Positions 1 through 8,592 of a stretch of DNA of 33,246 nt are shown here, piece after piece. This stretch comes from Propionibacteriaceae bacterium. GTDB lineage: Bacteria > Actinomycetota > Actinomycetes > Propionibacteriales > Propionibacteriaceae. The notes under the pieces were generated by a model. That model saw nothing but the letters and a program-made list of their open reading frames with translations, did not search any database and had not been told where the DNA came from. Each line of letters starts with the position of its first letter. Positions within the stretch are counted from its first letter, which is position 1. A program made the position numbers and the translations under genes. The stretch is from the NCBI GenBank assembly GCA_035280525.1, contig DATEFP010000124.1:1-33246 (forward strand). The letters are read 5' to 3'.

Positions 1-1310
1 TCAAAGCCGCCGACACCGCCGCCCATGGCGAGTACTGCACGGGCGAGGATTTCGGCGGCACCGGCCTCCTTGGCCTTCTGTGCGACCTGGCGAAGGGTGT
101 CTCTGCCGGCACCGATGTGCCCAGCCTGGACCTGGGCCTCACCAAGGCGACGCTGCACATCGAGTCCCCCGGCGCCCAGCTCCAGCGCCATCCGGAAGTG
201 GCCGATCGCTTGCTCGTGGGCCAGGCCCGCAACCGCCATATCTCCGGCGACAAGCGCGAGCCTTGCCGCATGGATGCGGGCGTCCTCCCCGGACGCCAAT
301 GACCAATGCCGAGCCAGCTCGGCCGGACCGCCAGCCTGCAGGTGCTCGGCCACCTCGCGATGGAGCGCGGCGCGACGGTTCGGAGTAATTCCCAGATACA
401 GCGTTTCGCGCATTAGTTCGTGCGCGAACGCGTCGTCCACTATCACCCCCGCAGCGGTCGGCTCGACGAGCAACGCCACGACCTCGGCCGCGGGAAGTCC
501 TGTGATATCCGCCAGGATGCCGATGTGCGGCGACCCGACCACGCTTGCCACTTGGAGCAGCTCGAAAGACTCCTGACGCAGCCTGGCAAGCCGGTGCTCG
601 AGAACCTGCCGCACGCCCGGTGGAATGGCACCTGTTGGCATACCGCGGCTTACCTGGAGCCGCGCGACCTCGGACGCAAAAAATGGGTTGCCGCCGGTGC
701 GGCGGTGCACTTCGGCGATGTAGTCCGGGCTCGCATCATCGCCGACGATGTGGCGTACCAGGGTCGCGGTTCGGTCCAGGTCCAGACCGGCCAACGGGAG
801 ACGCCGCATTCCGGCCGACATAGGAAGCGGCACGGTCTCATCCCTCGCCGTAACCAGCAGCATCAGTCGCTGTCCGGAGACAACCCCCGTCAGAAACTCG
901 AGCAGAGCAAGCGAGCCGGGGTCCGCCCAATGCGCGTCTTCGAAGATCACGAGTACGGCGTGTGCACGGGTCCGCGCTTCGAGCGCCTCCGCGACTGCGG
1001 CAAACAGCTCCGGCTGGGACGCGAACCGACCCTGATCAAGGAGGTCGGTTTCGCCCAAAAGGCTGGTCAATACCTGCCTCCACGGCCAATACGATGGCAT
1101 CTCGGCCGACGAGCAGCGACCCCACACGACCTCGAAGCCCGACTGCCGCGCCATCGTGTCCGCAGCCTCGGCGAGGCGCGTCTTGCCGATGCCTGGCTCG
1201 CCCTGCATGAGCGCCACGCGCCCGCGACCGACCCGAGCATCAGCGATAAGCCCCGCGATGGTGGCCAGTTCCGGCTCACGACCTACTAGGGACTGATCCT
1301 CCACGTGCAC
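1..1310 (-). CDS. AAA-ATPase (AAA_16-type) domain protein, probable LuxR/LAL-family transcriptional regulator; runs off the left edge
   Basis: Absent from the ORF track because no stop lies in the window. Manual translation from GTG 1310 (or 1304) gives VHVEDQSLVGREPELATIAGLIADARVGRGRVALMQGEPGIGKTRLAE, with the LVGR..EL motif and Walker A GEPGIGKT. The same frame reads AAEILARAVLAMGGGVGGF at the window edge. The C-terminal HTH would lie outside the window. Confidence 0.8.
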   Translation of the reverse strand, partial: MHVEDQSLVGREPELATIAGLIADARVGRGRVALMQGEPGIGKTRLAEAADTMARQSGFEVVWGRCSSAEMPSYWPWRQVLTSLLGETDLLDQGRFASQPELFAAVAEALEARTRAHAVLVIFEDAHWADPGSLALLEFLTGVVSGQRLMLLVTARDETVPLPMSAGMRRLPLAGLDLDRTATLVRHIVGDDASPDYIAEVHRRTGGNPFFASEVARLQVSRGMPTGAIPPGVRQVLEHRLARLRQESFELLQVASVVGSPHIGILADITGLPAAEVVALLVEPTAAGVIVDDAFAHELMRETLYLGITPNRRAALHREVAEHLQAGGPAELARHWSLASGEDARIHAARLALVAGDMAVAGLAHEQAIGHFRMALELGAGGLDVQRRLGEAQVQAGHIGAGRDTLRQVAQKAKEAGAAEILARAVLAMGGGVGGF

Positions 1311-1582
1311 GTCACCATGGTGTCGGGAGATCCACTGCGACGCGACTGCCCGCTCAGCCGATACAGGTAACGCTTCAGTGCTGCCCTGCTGCGACGAGTT
1401 CGTCGACCCGCCCGCAACGGAGCATCACGATCGCAGTAAACGGTCGATCGAGCCGTCGGGGTTCTGAGAACTCCGCCGATCTCTGGAGATGGCGACCATC
1501 GTGACGGCACATAGATCAGGCCCGCGCGGTATTTGACCCTCGACGTCATCAGTGGCTACCGAGCAGAGGTCCGACTGCGCCC

Positions 1583-3256
1583 TCAGCAATGCCGCGGCAA
1601 CAGACTGCCTTTGATCTTGGCAGTGCCTGGCTGCTCGACTACGAGCGTCGTCCACCCGCCCTCGGCTGGCCGCATGCAGCCGGCGGAGGTGGACAGGTAT
1701 CGCGACCAGTGCACGCGCACAAGATATTCGCCCGCCTCGGGCAGGGAGACTGTCAGGGAAACCCCGTCACGGCCGATGACACGTCCTGGCGTGGAGATGA
1801 CTGGTCGCGGGTTCTCCACGGCGTACAAGGTCCACGTTGAGTTCGACCATGCTTCTTGCAGGTACGGCAACCCACCGCGCACCAAGGCCGCTTCTTTAGG
1901 CGCCGCCCAATCGTAGGGCCCGTTGGAGAGGGCTACATGTGAGATGGCGTTGTCGTCAAGCCACTGTCGGTAGGCGTCTGCGTTGAGGCTTCCGTTGTAG
2001 AAGATCGGGTGGCGCCCGGTGTCGAGCTGTCGCGACCATCCTCTCGCGATGGGAACCACCGGTGCCACGATCGCCGCTTCGCCGCGGCGCAGCGTGGGAA
2101 CGACCTCGATGGGCCCGGCAACTCCACGAGAGGCCAGCTGGTCCAAGAGGGGTGCATAAAACTCTGCGCTGAGCGCCGGATCGCCGCGCTCCTGCACCTC
2201 CGTGATCGATGACCAGGGCAACAGCAAGACCACGCTTGCCGCGGCGGCAATGACGGCAATCAAAGGGACGGCCGCAACTGCGACGAGAATCGGCGCAGCG
2301 AACAGCTCAGGCAGTCGTGTCGCGGTGGTACCAACAGGCGTCTTCATCGCATAAGCCGCAGCGACGAGCCCGGCCGATAATAGTGAGCCCCAGCGGATAA
2401 CCGGGCGGCGCCAACAGAGTCCGGCCACGGCTAGGCAGCCGAGAAGACCCATCAGCGCTTGCTTCGTTCCGAACGTCTGGTATCCGCCGTTGCCAAACGC
2501 CAGCCCGATGGCGACGGTCGGCATCAGACCACTCACTCCGAGCAGCACGCCTTCTCGTCGCCGGTCAGAGAGGAAAAGCGCACCGCCGGCTACGCCGAGG
2601 AACAAACCAGCTACTGGGCTGGTGAGCGCTGCCAGGACAGACACCATGGAACTGATGCGCAGGCGGCCCGAGACCAGAGCCAACAGTGCACCAAGCGCCA
2701 TCGCCAGAGCCAAAGCGAACGTGGTCCGCGTAACCACGAGATTCCCGGTAAAGCAGACCGCCCCAGTGAGCGCGCCGGCGACCGGACGTGCCACTCCGGT
2801 GCGCTGCAACAGCGCGGCGAAAAGCACGACGCTTGTCACATATGCAACGGCAGTCGAGAGCCGTACGCCCAGCAGCGCCATCACTGGAGGCGATAAGACG
2901 CTGTAGCCGAGGGGGTTGAAACCGCCATACCAACGGAGGTTCAGCAGCTCAGGCCAATGGTCGGCCAGCTGGGCGTGGGCTAGCTGCGCCGACAGATCAC
3001 GACCCATCGGCGCAGCGAGGAGATATGCAGCCGCGAACAGCACGGCAATGGATCCGGCGGCAACGGTCCCAGGCCATCTTCGGCACAACGAGAGCATCGC
3101 CGATCCAAATCTGTGATGCGGGCTGGTGATCCTCCTCTCCGTGTCGACGCCACCCGAATTCGCGTCGGCGGTTTCATCGTCCTCAGCGGCTGAAGAATGA
3201 ATGGTCACCGCAGGGTCCTCATGATGATCGGAACCCGCGGTCGACCCGGTGCGCAT
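1583..3256 (-). CDS. Polytopic membrane protein with soluble C-terminal domain, possibly GT-C-fold glycosyltransferase-like; true start may be downstream (~3208 or ~3097)
   Basis: 557-aa ORF with about 10 hydrophobic segments, an early loop GRDLSAQ...LRWYGGFNPLGYS and a hydrophilic C-terminal domain. Confidence 0.7.
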   Translation of the reverse strand: MRTGSTAGSDHHEDPAVTIHSSAAEDDETADANSGGVDTERRITSPHHRFGSAMLSLCRRWPGTVAAGSIAVLFAAAYLLAAPMGRDLSAQLAHAQLADHWPELLNLRWYGGFNPLGYSVLSPPVMALLGVRLSTAVAYVTSVVLFAALLQRTGVARPVAGALTGAVCFTGNLVVTRTTFALALAMALGALLALVSGRLRISSMVSVLAALTSPVAGLFLGVAGGALFLSDRRREGVLLGVSGLMPTVAIGLAFGNGGYQTFGTKQALMGLLGCLAVAGLCWRRPVIRWGSLLSAGLVAAAYAMKTPVGTTATRLPELFAAPILVAVAAVPLIAVIAAAASVVLLLPWSSITEVQERGDPALSAEFYAPLLDQLASRGVAGPIEVVPTLRRGEAAIVAPVVPIARGWSRQLDTGRHPIFYNGSLNADAYRQWLDDNAISHVALSNGPYDWAAPKEAALVRGGLPYLQEAWSNSTWTLYAVENPRPVISTPGRVIGRDGVSLTVSLPEAGEYLVRVHWSRYLSTSAGCMRPAEGGWTTLVVEQPGTAKIKGSLLPRHC

Positions 3257-3372
3257 TGGCCATACCCAACACCCACAAGCTGATGATCATCAAAGTAGCC
3301 ACCGACGAATCCAACGAATCGCGACAAGATCATGGGCAAGATCACCTTGCCGACGACACATCGCCATTACTT

Positions 3373-3795
3373 CTAGAGGTCCCTGTGCCGTGGCCGGCTA
3401 CCCATCAGCCAAGGCACCCGCAATGCCACCGCCCAGCCATGCCGCCTCACGGAGCCCAGGTAACCGATAATCGGAACCAGCAGCAGCAAGACACTGCCCA
3501 GCCCGTTTTGTATCTCATGAGTGAGTCCCGGTGGATAAATCACCGGGACCAGATAATGCACGATGAATCCGCCGGTATACCCAACCTCCCCTCCCCCGTG
3601 GCGCAGGTCCTTCTCAAGCACCGTCAGCGGGCAGGTGAAGTTCGCAAACACGACTATGGCGGTGTACACCACCACGGGGATGTGCACCCAGATGATCAAG
3701 GGCCATCGCCAGGTGAGAAAAGCGCCACCCACAATGAAGCCGATGAAGAGCATGTGGACGACTACCACAATGTCAGCGCCAATCCGGTACCACAT
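3373..3795 (-). CDS. DUF2784 family membrane protein
   Basis: MWYRIGADIVVVVHMLFIGFIVGG...H...CPLTVLE...GFIVHYL..VIYP pattern; GAGGAG RBS upstream. Confidence 0.85.
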   Translation of the reverse strand: MWYRIGADIVVVVHMLFIGFIVGGAFLTWRWPLIIWVHIPVVVYTAIVVFANFTCPLTVLEKDLRHGGGEVGYTGGFIVHYLVPVIYPPGLTHEIQNGLGSVLLLLVPIIGYLGSVRRHGWAVALRVPWLMGSRPRHRDL

Positions 3796-3999
3796 CTCCT
3801 CACCTACCGGTACTCATATCCATGCCCCCATATGCCTAAACGGCAAGATCAGCTCACGGTTGCACTGTGCTCTGTTGTCGGTGGTCGATTGTTGCACAAT
3901 GATCATGGCGGCCGGTGGACCCCGCTCTTGGTCGCAGGGATTGCCCTGAGCCTACTTCGGGGAGACTGAGCGGTAAGCCTGTTCGCATAGCTGCTGAGG

Positions 4000-4028
4000 A
4001 AGTGCCCTCCCCAGTGGGAAATGCACTC
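4000..4028 (-). terminator. Hairpin immediately 3' of the tRNA (putative terminator or processing stem)
   Basis: Minus strand reads GAGTGC-ATT-TCCC-ACT-GGGG-AGG-GCACTT. Confidence 0.4.
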
Positions 4029-4029
4029 G

Positions 4030-4103
4030 TAGGGCGGGCGGGACTTGAACCCGCGACCGGAGGATTATGAGTCCCCTGCTCTAACCGGCTGAGCTACCGC
4101 CCC
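4030..4103 (-). tRNA. tRNA with CAT anticodon, most likely tRNA-Ile2 (lysidine-modified) rather than Met; CCA not encoded
   Basis: Minus strand GGGGCGGTAGCTCAGCCGGTTAGAGCAGGGGACTCATAATCCTCCGGTCGCGGGTTCAAGTCCCGCCCGCCCTA folds into a cloverleaf with a GTTCAA T-loop and anticodon at 4067-4069. It lacks the initiator C1 mismatch. The Ile2 call rests on resemblance to actinobacterial Ile2 tRNAs. Confidence 0.93.
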
Positions 4104-4256
4104 AAGGTGTTCGAGAGTCGGTCGGGTTGATCGAGGCCGATGAAAGCGACGATGGTCTCCGCGACTCGGGCACGCCTTAAGTCTGGTCGGGGCGATCCCC
4201 GATAGAGTGCGCCCCAAGTCGGCTCAAGTGCGTGTGACACGAGCATAGGAGGGTCT

Positions 4257-5153
4257 GTGGCCGATCTCATCCCCGCGGAGTGGGAGGTGCTGGATCCCCG
4301 CTTTGCAGGTACGGGAGGCGACCGCTCGGTTGCCAGGCTCTTTTCCGGTGGTCGATGGCTCGAGGGGCCCGCCTACCACCCGGCTGGCCGGTTTGTGTTG
4401 TTCAGCGACATCCCCAATGATCGGATCCTCCGCTATGACGAGGTGAGCGGACGCACTGACGTCTTCCTCACACGAGCCGGCTTCACAAACGGTCGTACGG
4501 TCGACCGGCAGGGCCGATTCGTGACTTGTGAGCACGGCGAGCGCCGGGTGACGCGGACCGAGCACGACGGCTCAGTCACAGTTCTGGCGAGCTCGTACGA
4601 GGGACGCCGGCTGAATAGCCCCAACGACGTTGTTGAGCATTCGGATGGGTCGATCTGGTTCACCGACCCTAGCTACGGCATCCATACCGACTATGAGGGC
4701 CATGAGGCATCATCCGAGATCGGCTCGCGTAACGTCTACCGGCTCGATCCGAGGAACGGCAACCTGACAGCGGTGGTCGAAGACTTCGGCCAGCCCAACG
4801 GCTTGGCCTTTTCACCGGATGAACGCCGAGTGTTCATCGTGGATAGCGAGCTGCACCACATCAGGGTCTTCAACGTTGATCATGGAACACTCACCGGCGG
4901 CGAACTGTTCTGTGCTGACGAGAAGGGTTACGACGGGATCCGATTTGATCATCTCGGTCGCCTCTGGGGGGCCGCTCATGACGGCCTGCATTGCTATCAC
5001 CCGGACGGCTCCTTGATCGGCAAGCTCAGGCTCCCGGAGATCACCGCCAACCTCACTTTTGGAGGGAACCAGCGTAATCATCTGTACCTCACCTCGACCA
5101 GTTCGCTATACAGTCTTAGGGTCAATTTCCGAGCGGCCTCGTACCCAAGTTGA
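4257..5153 (+). CDS. SMP-30/gluconolactonase/LRE family protein
   Basis: Motifs WLEGPAY, FSDIP, LNSPNDVV, WFTDPSYG, QPNGLAFSPDE, DGIRFD; AGGAGG RBS before GTG. Confidence 0.93.
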   Translation: MADLIPAEWEVLDPRFAGTGGDRSVARLFSGGRWLEGPAYHPAGRFVLFSDIPNDRILRYDEVSGRTDVFLTRAGFTNGRTVDRQGRFVTCEHGERRVTRTEHDGSVTVLASSYEGRRLNSPNDVVEHSDGSIWFTDPSYGIHTDYEGHEASSEIGSRNVYRLDPRNGNLTAVVEDFGQPNGLAFSPDERRVFIVDSELHHIRVFNVDHGTLTGGELFCADEKGYDGIRFDHLGRLWGAAHDGLHCYHPDGSLIGKLRLPEITANLTFGGNQRNHLYLTSTSSLYSLRVNFRAASYPS

Positions 5154-5294
5154 TCTTGAACATGCATCATCCATGTTGATCTTGAATGTTGGCCGTCTTA
5201 GGCTGATCTCGGGGAACTGGGCCCGCTTCAGCGAGTGCGCCGCGAGCAGTAGAGTCGACAATGCCGCATTTCGCCGAGAGGTCTCAGGGGGAAA

Positions 5295-5855
5295 TTGCTA
5301 GTGCCGCAAACGTCTGCACGTGCGGTAAGACTCGTTGGAATCGTGACACCGTCCGAGGCTCGGCTGCTCGGCGGTGTCATCGTGGCCATCGGAGGATTGA
5401 TCTTCCTTTCGACGGTGGTCAATCCTCCCCACTGGCTTCAGGTTGTGGCACTGTTTGTTCATCTGATCTCCCTTGTTGTCGGCTTCGGCTCCGTGCTCGC
5501 GGTCGACTGGTATGGACTGCTCTCCCTGACTCGCCGAGTGACCATCGGCGATGTACTGCTCACCGCTGAGCGGATGACGCCATTGATCTGGATTGGCCTC
5601 ACCGGGCTTACCATCAGCGGCGCCTTGCTCAAGCCAGATCTCGATTCGTGGCTTGTCGTGGTCAAGCTCGGCTGCGTGCTTGGTGTGGGGATCGTCGGAG
5701 TCCTTGCCCTCTCGACGAGCCGTCTCATGGAACGTCAGATGCCGGCCCCGGCACGGTCGCTGATTCGCCGGGGCATGGTTCTCGCTGGCGCCTCGCAAAC
5801 GTTTTGGTGGACCGCTGTCGTGATCGGCTTCATCACAAATGAGACGGCGCCGTGA
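5295..5855 (+). CDS. Hypothetical membrane protein (about 5 TM segments)
   Basis: 186-aa hydrophobic ORF containing HLISLVVGFGSVLAVD and KLGCV; start is TTG 5295 or GTG 5301. Confidence 0.7.
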   Translation: MLVPQTSARAVRLVGIVTPSEARLLGGVIVAIGGLIFLSTVVNPPHWLQVVALFVHLISLVVGFGSVLAVDWYGLLSLTRRVTIGDVLLTAERMTPLIWIGLTGLTISGALLKPDLDSWLVVVKLGCVLGVGIVGVLALSTSRLMERQMPAPARSLIRRGMVLAGASQTFWWTAVVIGFITNETAP

Positions 5856-5970
5856 ACCACAGCGCCACTGCCCCCTATGGCCGGCCATCATGATCGGTGG
5901 GCAGGTGCTGCCGCGCAGGACCCTTATCTGTGTTTGACGAGGGGCGCTCGAGTGCGAATCCGGACCTTGA

Positions 5971-7344
5971 TCAAAGCACCTGCTGATCTTGAGGCGATGG
6001 TGATCTTGTTGCGGGTTCTCTGGTGACGACGTAGGAGTCAGAAGTGCCGGGGCGCTGCCCACTGGCCGGGCGAGCGAAGATCGTCTGAACCCGGGGCCGC
6101 GCGATGATAATCGCCCCTGCTATCAGGACGAGGCCAAGCACGGTCGTGATTGAGGCGAGCAGATGCTGTGACCAGGTCCACTGGAGTTCGACATCAGCCC
6201 CATTCGGCAGGTCGGTGAACGGGGCGACCACGACCCAGCACACAAAGAGCCACCCCAAGGCCAAATACCACATGGGAAGGCGTCGAGGTCCGATTGGTCG
6301 CCGCTCGAGCAGGCTCATGGCCAGCGGAACCACCCAGACGAAATGGTGCAGCCAGGACACCGGCGATGCGAGCAACCCAGCGACGCCGCAGAGGTTTACC
6401 GCCAGCCGGATGTCTCCGAGCCGGTGCCATAGCAGTGCCGCCCAAACTCCGGCAACCGCGACAACACATGAAATGAAGAGTCCGATGATCGCCGGTCCTG
6501 GTCCGAGCCCGAAAATCCGGACGATATCGGCCATCACTGATTGATTGGTGTAGTAGATGATGCTGTGCCCGAGGCCGGTGTCGCCATGAGCCAACCTCGT
6601 CCAAAACTGGTACGACGCCGCTGGCACGATGACTGCACTGATCAGCGTGACGACGATGCCAGTGACCACTGCGACCCAGAAGGCCCGATATTTCCGCGCA
6701 ACCAGCAGATAGAGAACGAAAATCGCTGGGGTGAGTTTGATGGCCGCCGCGATTGCAGTCAGCACGCCTTCCGGCAGCAGGCGGCGCGGGAACACGCGAG
6801 GCCCGGGAGCGAGGTCCAAGACCACGAGGGCTACCAGAAAGATCCCAAGTTGACCAAAAGCAAGTGTTTGCACGACTGGCTCGACGATGAGCACCACGGC
6901 TGCACTGGCCAGGCTAAGCACCCAGCCTTTGAGCCCGAATCGGTGCAGCATCGCGACCAGCGCCACAGCACCGGCGGCCGTCCAGCCGATCTGAACCACG
7001 GTGGATGGCAAAAGGGCCAAAGGCACCGCCAGGACGGCCGCAATGGGCGGGTACAGGAACTGAAGGGGTCCAGGAAGGTCGTAGAAGTTGCCACCCCCAA
7101 GCAGCACGGAGCCAGCGCGGCGGTATACCTCAAGATCGACCATGATCGGACGCCATGGGATGAACGTGCCGCCGCCGAACGTGGTCGCGCCGATGTAGAG
7201 CCCGGCTAGCACCGGAAGTGCACAAATGCCTAACCAGCTCGCGAGCTGTCGCCAGAACCCGGGAGGAGCGCCCGGGGCATAAGACTCCTCAGCAGTGGTG
7301 AGCGGCTCCCGTGTCCGGATCGAGGTACGTGACACTAGTGTCAT
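5971..7344 (-). CDS. Glycosyltransferase family 87 (DUF2029; PimE-like polyprenol-phosphate-mannose-dependent)
   Basis: Motifs VDLEVYR, FLYPP, GQLGI, AAAIKLTP, NQS, SPVSWLHH; multiple TM helices. Confidence 0.9.
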   Translation of the reverse strand: MTLVSRTSIRTREPLTTAEESYAPGAPPGFWRQLASWLGICALPVLAGLYIGATTFGGGTFIPWRPIMVDLEVYRRAGSVLLGGGNFYDLPGPLQFLYPPIAAVLAVPLALLPSTVVQIGWTAAGAVALVAMLHRFGLKGWVLSLASAAVVLIVEPVVQTLAFGQLGIFLVALVVLDLAPGPRVFPRRLLPEGVLTAIAAAIKLTPAIFVLYLLVARKYRAFWVAVVTGIVVTLISAVIVPAASYQFWTRLAHGDTGLGHSIIYYTNQSVMADIVRIFGLGPGPAIIGLFISCVVAVAGVWAALLWHRLGDIRLAVNLCGVAGLLASPVSWLHHFVWVVPLAMSLLERRPIGPRRLPMWYLALGWLFVCWVVVAPFTDLPNGADVELQWTWSQHLLASITTVLGLVLIAGAIIIARPRVQTIFARPASGQRPGTSDSYVVTREPATRSPSPQDQQVL

Positions 7345-7348
7345 GAAG

Positions 7349-8284
7349 CTAGAGCCTCGAGCCTGGACTAGGCGGGGCAGGCGATCCTGTAGCGGATTCC
7401 GTCGGTTGACCGCCTCCCGACTCGGTGCCCGATGGTCCTGGTGATCCCGATGTGGGCGATCCCGACGGTGCTGGCGACTGGGGCGATCCTGACTGCGGAG
7501 ATCCGGATTGTGATCCTGACTGCGGCGGCCCTGTCGAACTTCCAGTCGGGGGCGGTGGCGACTGCGGTGGCTGATTGCGGAAGATCAAGATCGCGATGAG
7601 TACAGCCAAGGCCGCGAGTAGCACCATGAGGAGCCACGACACCAGGATCGTTCGCCAGCCGGCCCGGTCGAAACGGCCGGGCCAAGGAAGTGGCCAAAGG
7701 CGCGCAAGGCCGGGGCGTACCCGCTCAATCCAGTACTGCTGGTAGTCAGGGCCAGAGGGAACACCCTGTGGCGGAAGCGTCGCAATCTGTACCGCATCGA
7801 GAATCCGGTTGGCTTGTGCCGCAGTAGCTGGCGAGCCGTCGTAGACCAGCGCCGCCCACGGGGCGACAAGACGCTCGTCAGGCGGAACAGGATCATCCGC
7901 CTCGCGGAATTTGCGGGCAAGGCGCCCGGAGTCTTGCCCATGACCGCCGCGTGCCAGGACTGTGTCGATGTGCAAGGCGTTGATCTCGCCTGCGAAGCGG
8001 GATCGGGCTGCTGCATCGGCGGCTGCCCCCTCGGAGAGCAAGATCAACATTGCCGGTGTGTCGGCTGCGTCGTGCGCGGTGAACGCGATTCCCGCTGGCG
8101 ATGCGGTAAGCCGTGCGTCGAGCCAGTACTCACCGATCTTCGGTGGATCATCGGGGAGCAGCGGCGTTACTGGCACGTACGCCGGACCACCAGGAGCTCC
8201 CTCAGCGCCTCCACCTGATACGCCGCCCGCGGGTGGCGCCCAGGACTGATCTGGTGCTTGGCCGGTTGGCTCAGTGGTCGACAT
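7349..8284 (-). CDS. Single-pass membrane protein with a degenerate Ser/Thr-kinase N-lobe and a Pro/Ser/Gly-rich C-terminal tail
   Basis: ATG 8284 with GGAGAG upstream; segment PLLPDDPPKIGEYWLDARL...AAARSRFAGEINAL...PWAALVYDG; TM segment ILVSWLLMVLLAALAVLIAILIF; stop lies 4 nt before the GT87 start. Confidence 0.75.
   Translation of the reverse strand: MSTTEPTGQAPDQSWAPPAGGVSGGGAEGAPGGPAYVPVTPLLPDDPPKIGEYWLDARLTASPAGIAFTAHDAADTPAMLILLSEGAAADAAARSRFAGEINALHIDTVLARGGHGQDSGRLARKFREADDPVPPDERLVAPWAALVYDGSPATAAQANRILDAVQIATLPPQGVPSGPDYQQYWIERVRPGLARLWPLPWPGRFDRAGWRTILVSWLLMVLLAALAVLIAILIFRNQPPQSPPPPTGSSTGPPQSGSQSGSPQSGSPQSPAPSGSPTSGSPGPSGTESGGGQPTESATGSPAPPSPGSRL
7365..7570 (-). repeat. Low-complexity coding repeats (SGSP / QSGSP units)
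   Basis: Recurrent GATCC(T/C)GA(C/T) units on the + strand encoding PPQSGSQSGSPQSGSPQSPAPSGSPTSGSPGPSG. Confidence 0.7.
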
Positions 8285-8418
8285 CACTCTCCATCTTGCA
8301 GCCCATCCTTCAGAAGGCTGGCCACAGCGTTCGCAGGGCACGGAGAGTCTATTCGGCCATTACAGGCGTCGCTCTGATATGGCGAGCAGGCGAGTGCGCG
8401 CTCCTGCACTCGCGGCAG

Positions 8419-8482
8419 GCTCAGCGAGCTCATAGCGTGGTGATAGCTCTCGCATAGCCTGGTCTTTGTCCAGGCTCATAGC
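8419..8482. promoter_or_regulatory. 11-bp-periodic direct repeats in the divergent promoter, putative OmpR/PhoB-family operator
   Basis: GCTCAGC 8419, TCATAGC 8430, TGATAGC 8441, GCATAGC 8452, plus an out-of-phase TCATAGC at 8476. Confidence 0.5.
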
Positions 8483-8592
8483 CTTGAGTTCTGCGTCTGC
8501 GAGAATGACACGATGTCCGGCGAAAGTTGCGCGCTGTCGGGGCGTCGTGCCCCTCCGCTCAGACGCTCATCGACGAGCAAACAGGAGAGTGC

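Noticed and set aside
25-1289. Plus-strand ORFs of 183 aa and 289 aa
   Set aside because: They are antisense shadows of the minus-strand ATPase regulator, which has a clear Walker A motif
1286-1549. 87-aa ORF containing AALKRYLYRL, faintly like an IS110 transposase C-terminus
   Set aside because: The match is too short and no other transposase motifs are present
3256-3969. 237-aa plus-strand ORF
   Set aside because: Antisense to DUF2784, with His/Asp/Gln-rich composition typical of a shadow frame
4030-4103. Initiator tRNA-fMet
   Set aside because: Position 1 is a G paired in the acceptor stem, and the three consecutive G-C pairs adjoining the anticodon loop are absent
8360-8431. Possible eroded family 1 copy (cgctcctgcactcgc resembles cgctcctgcagtcgc in unit A)
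   Set aside because: The partner loop and nested stems cannot be convincingly reconstructed; it needs covariance-model scoring
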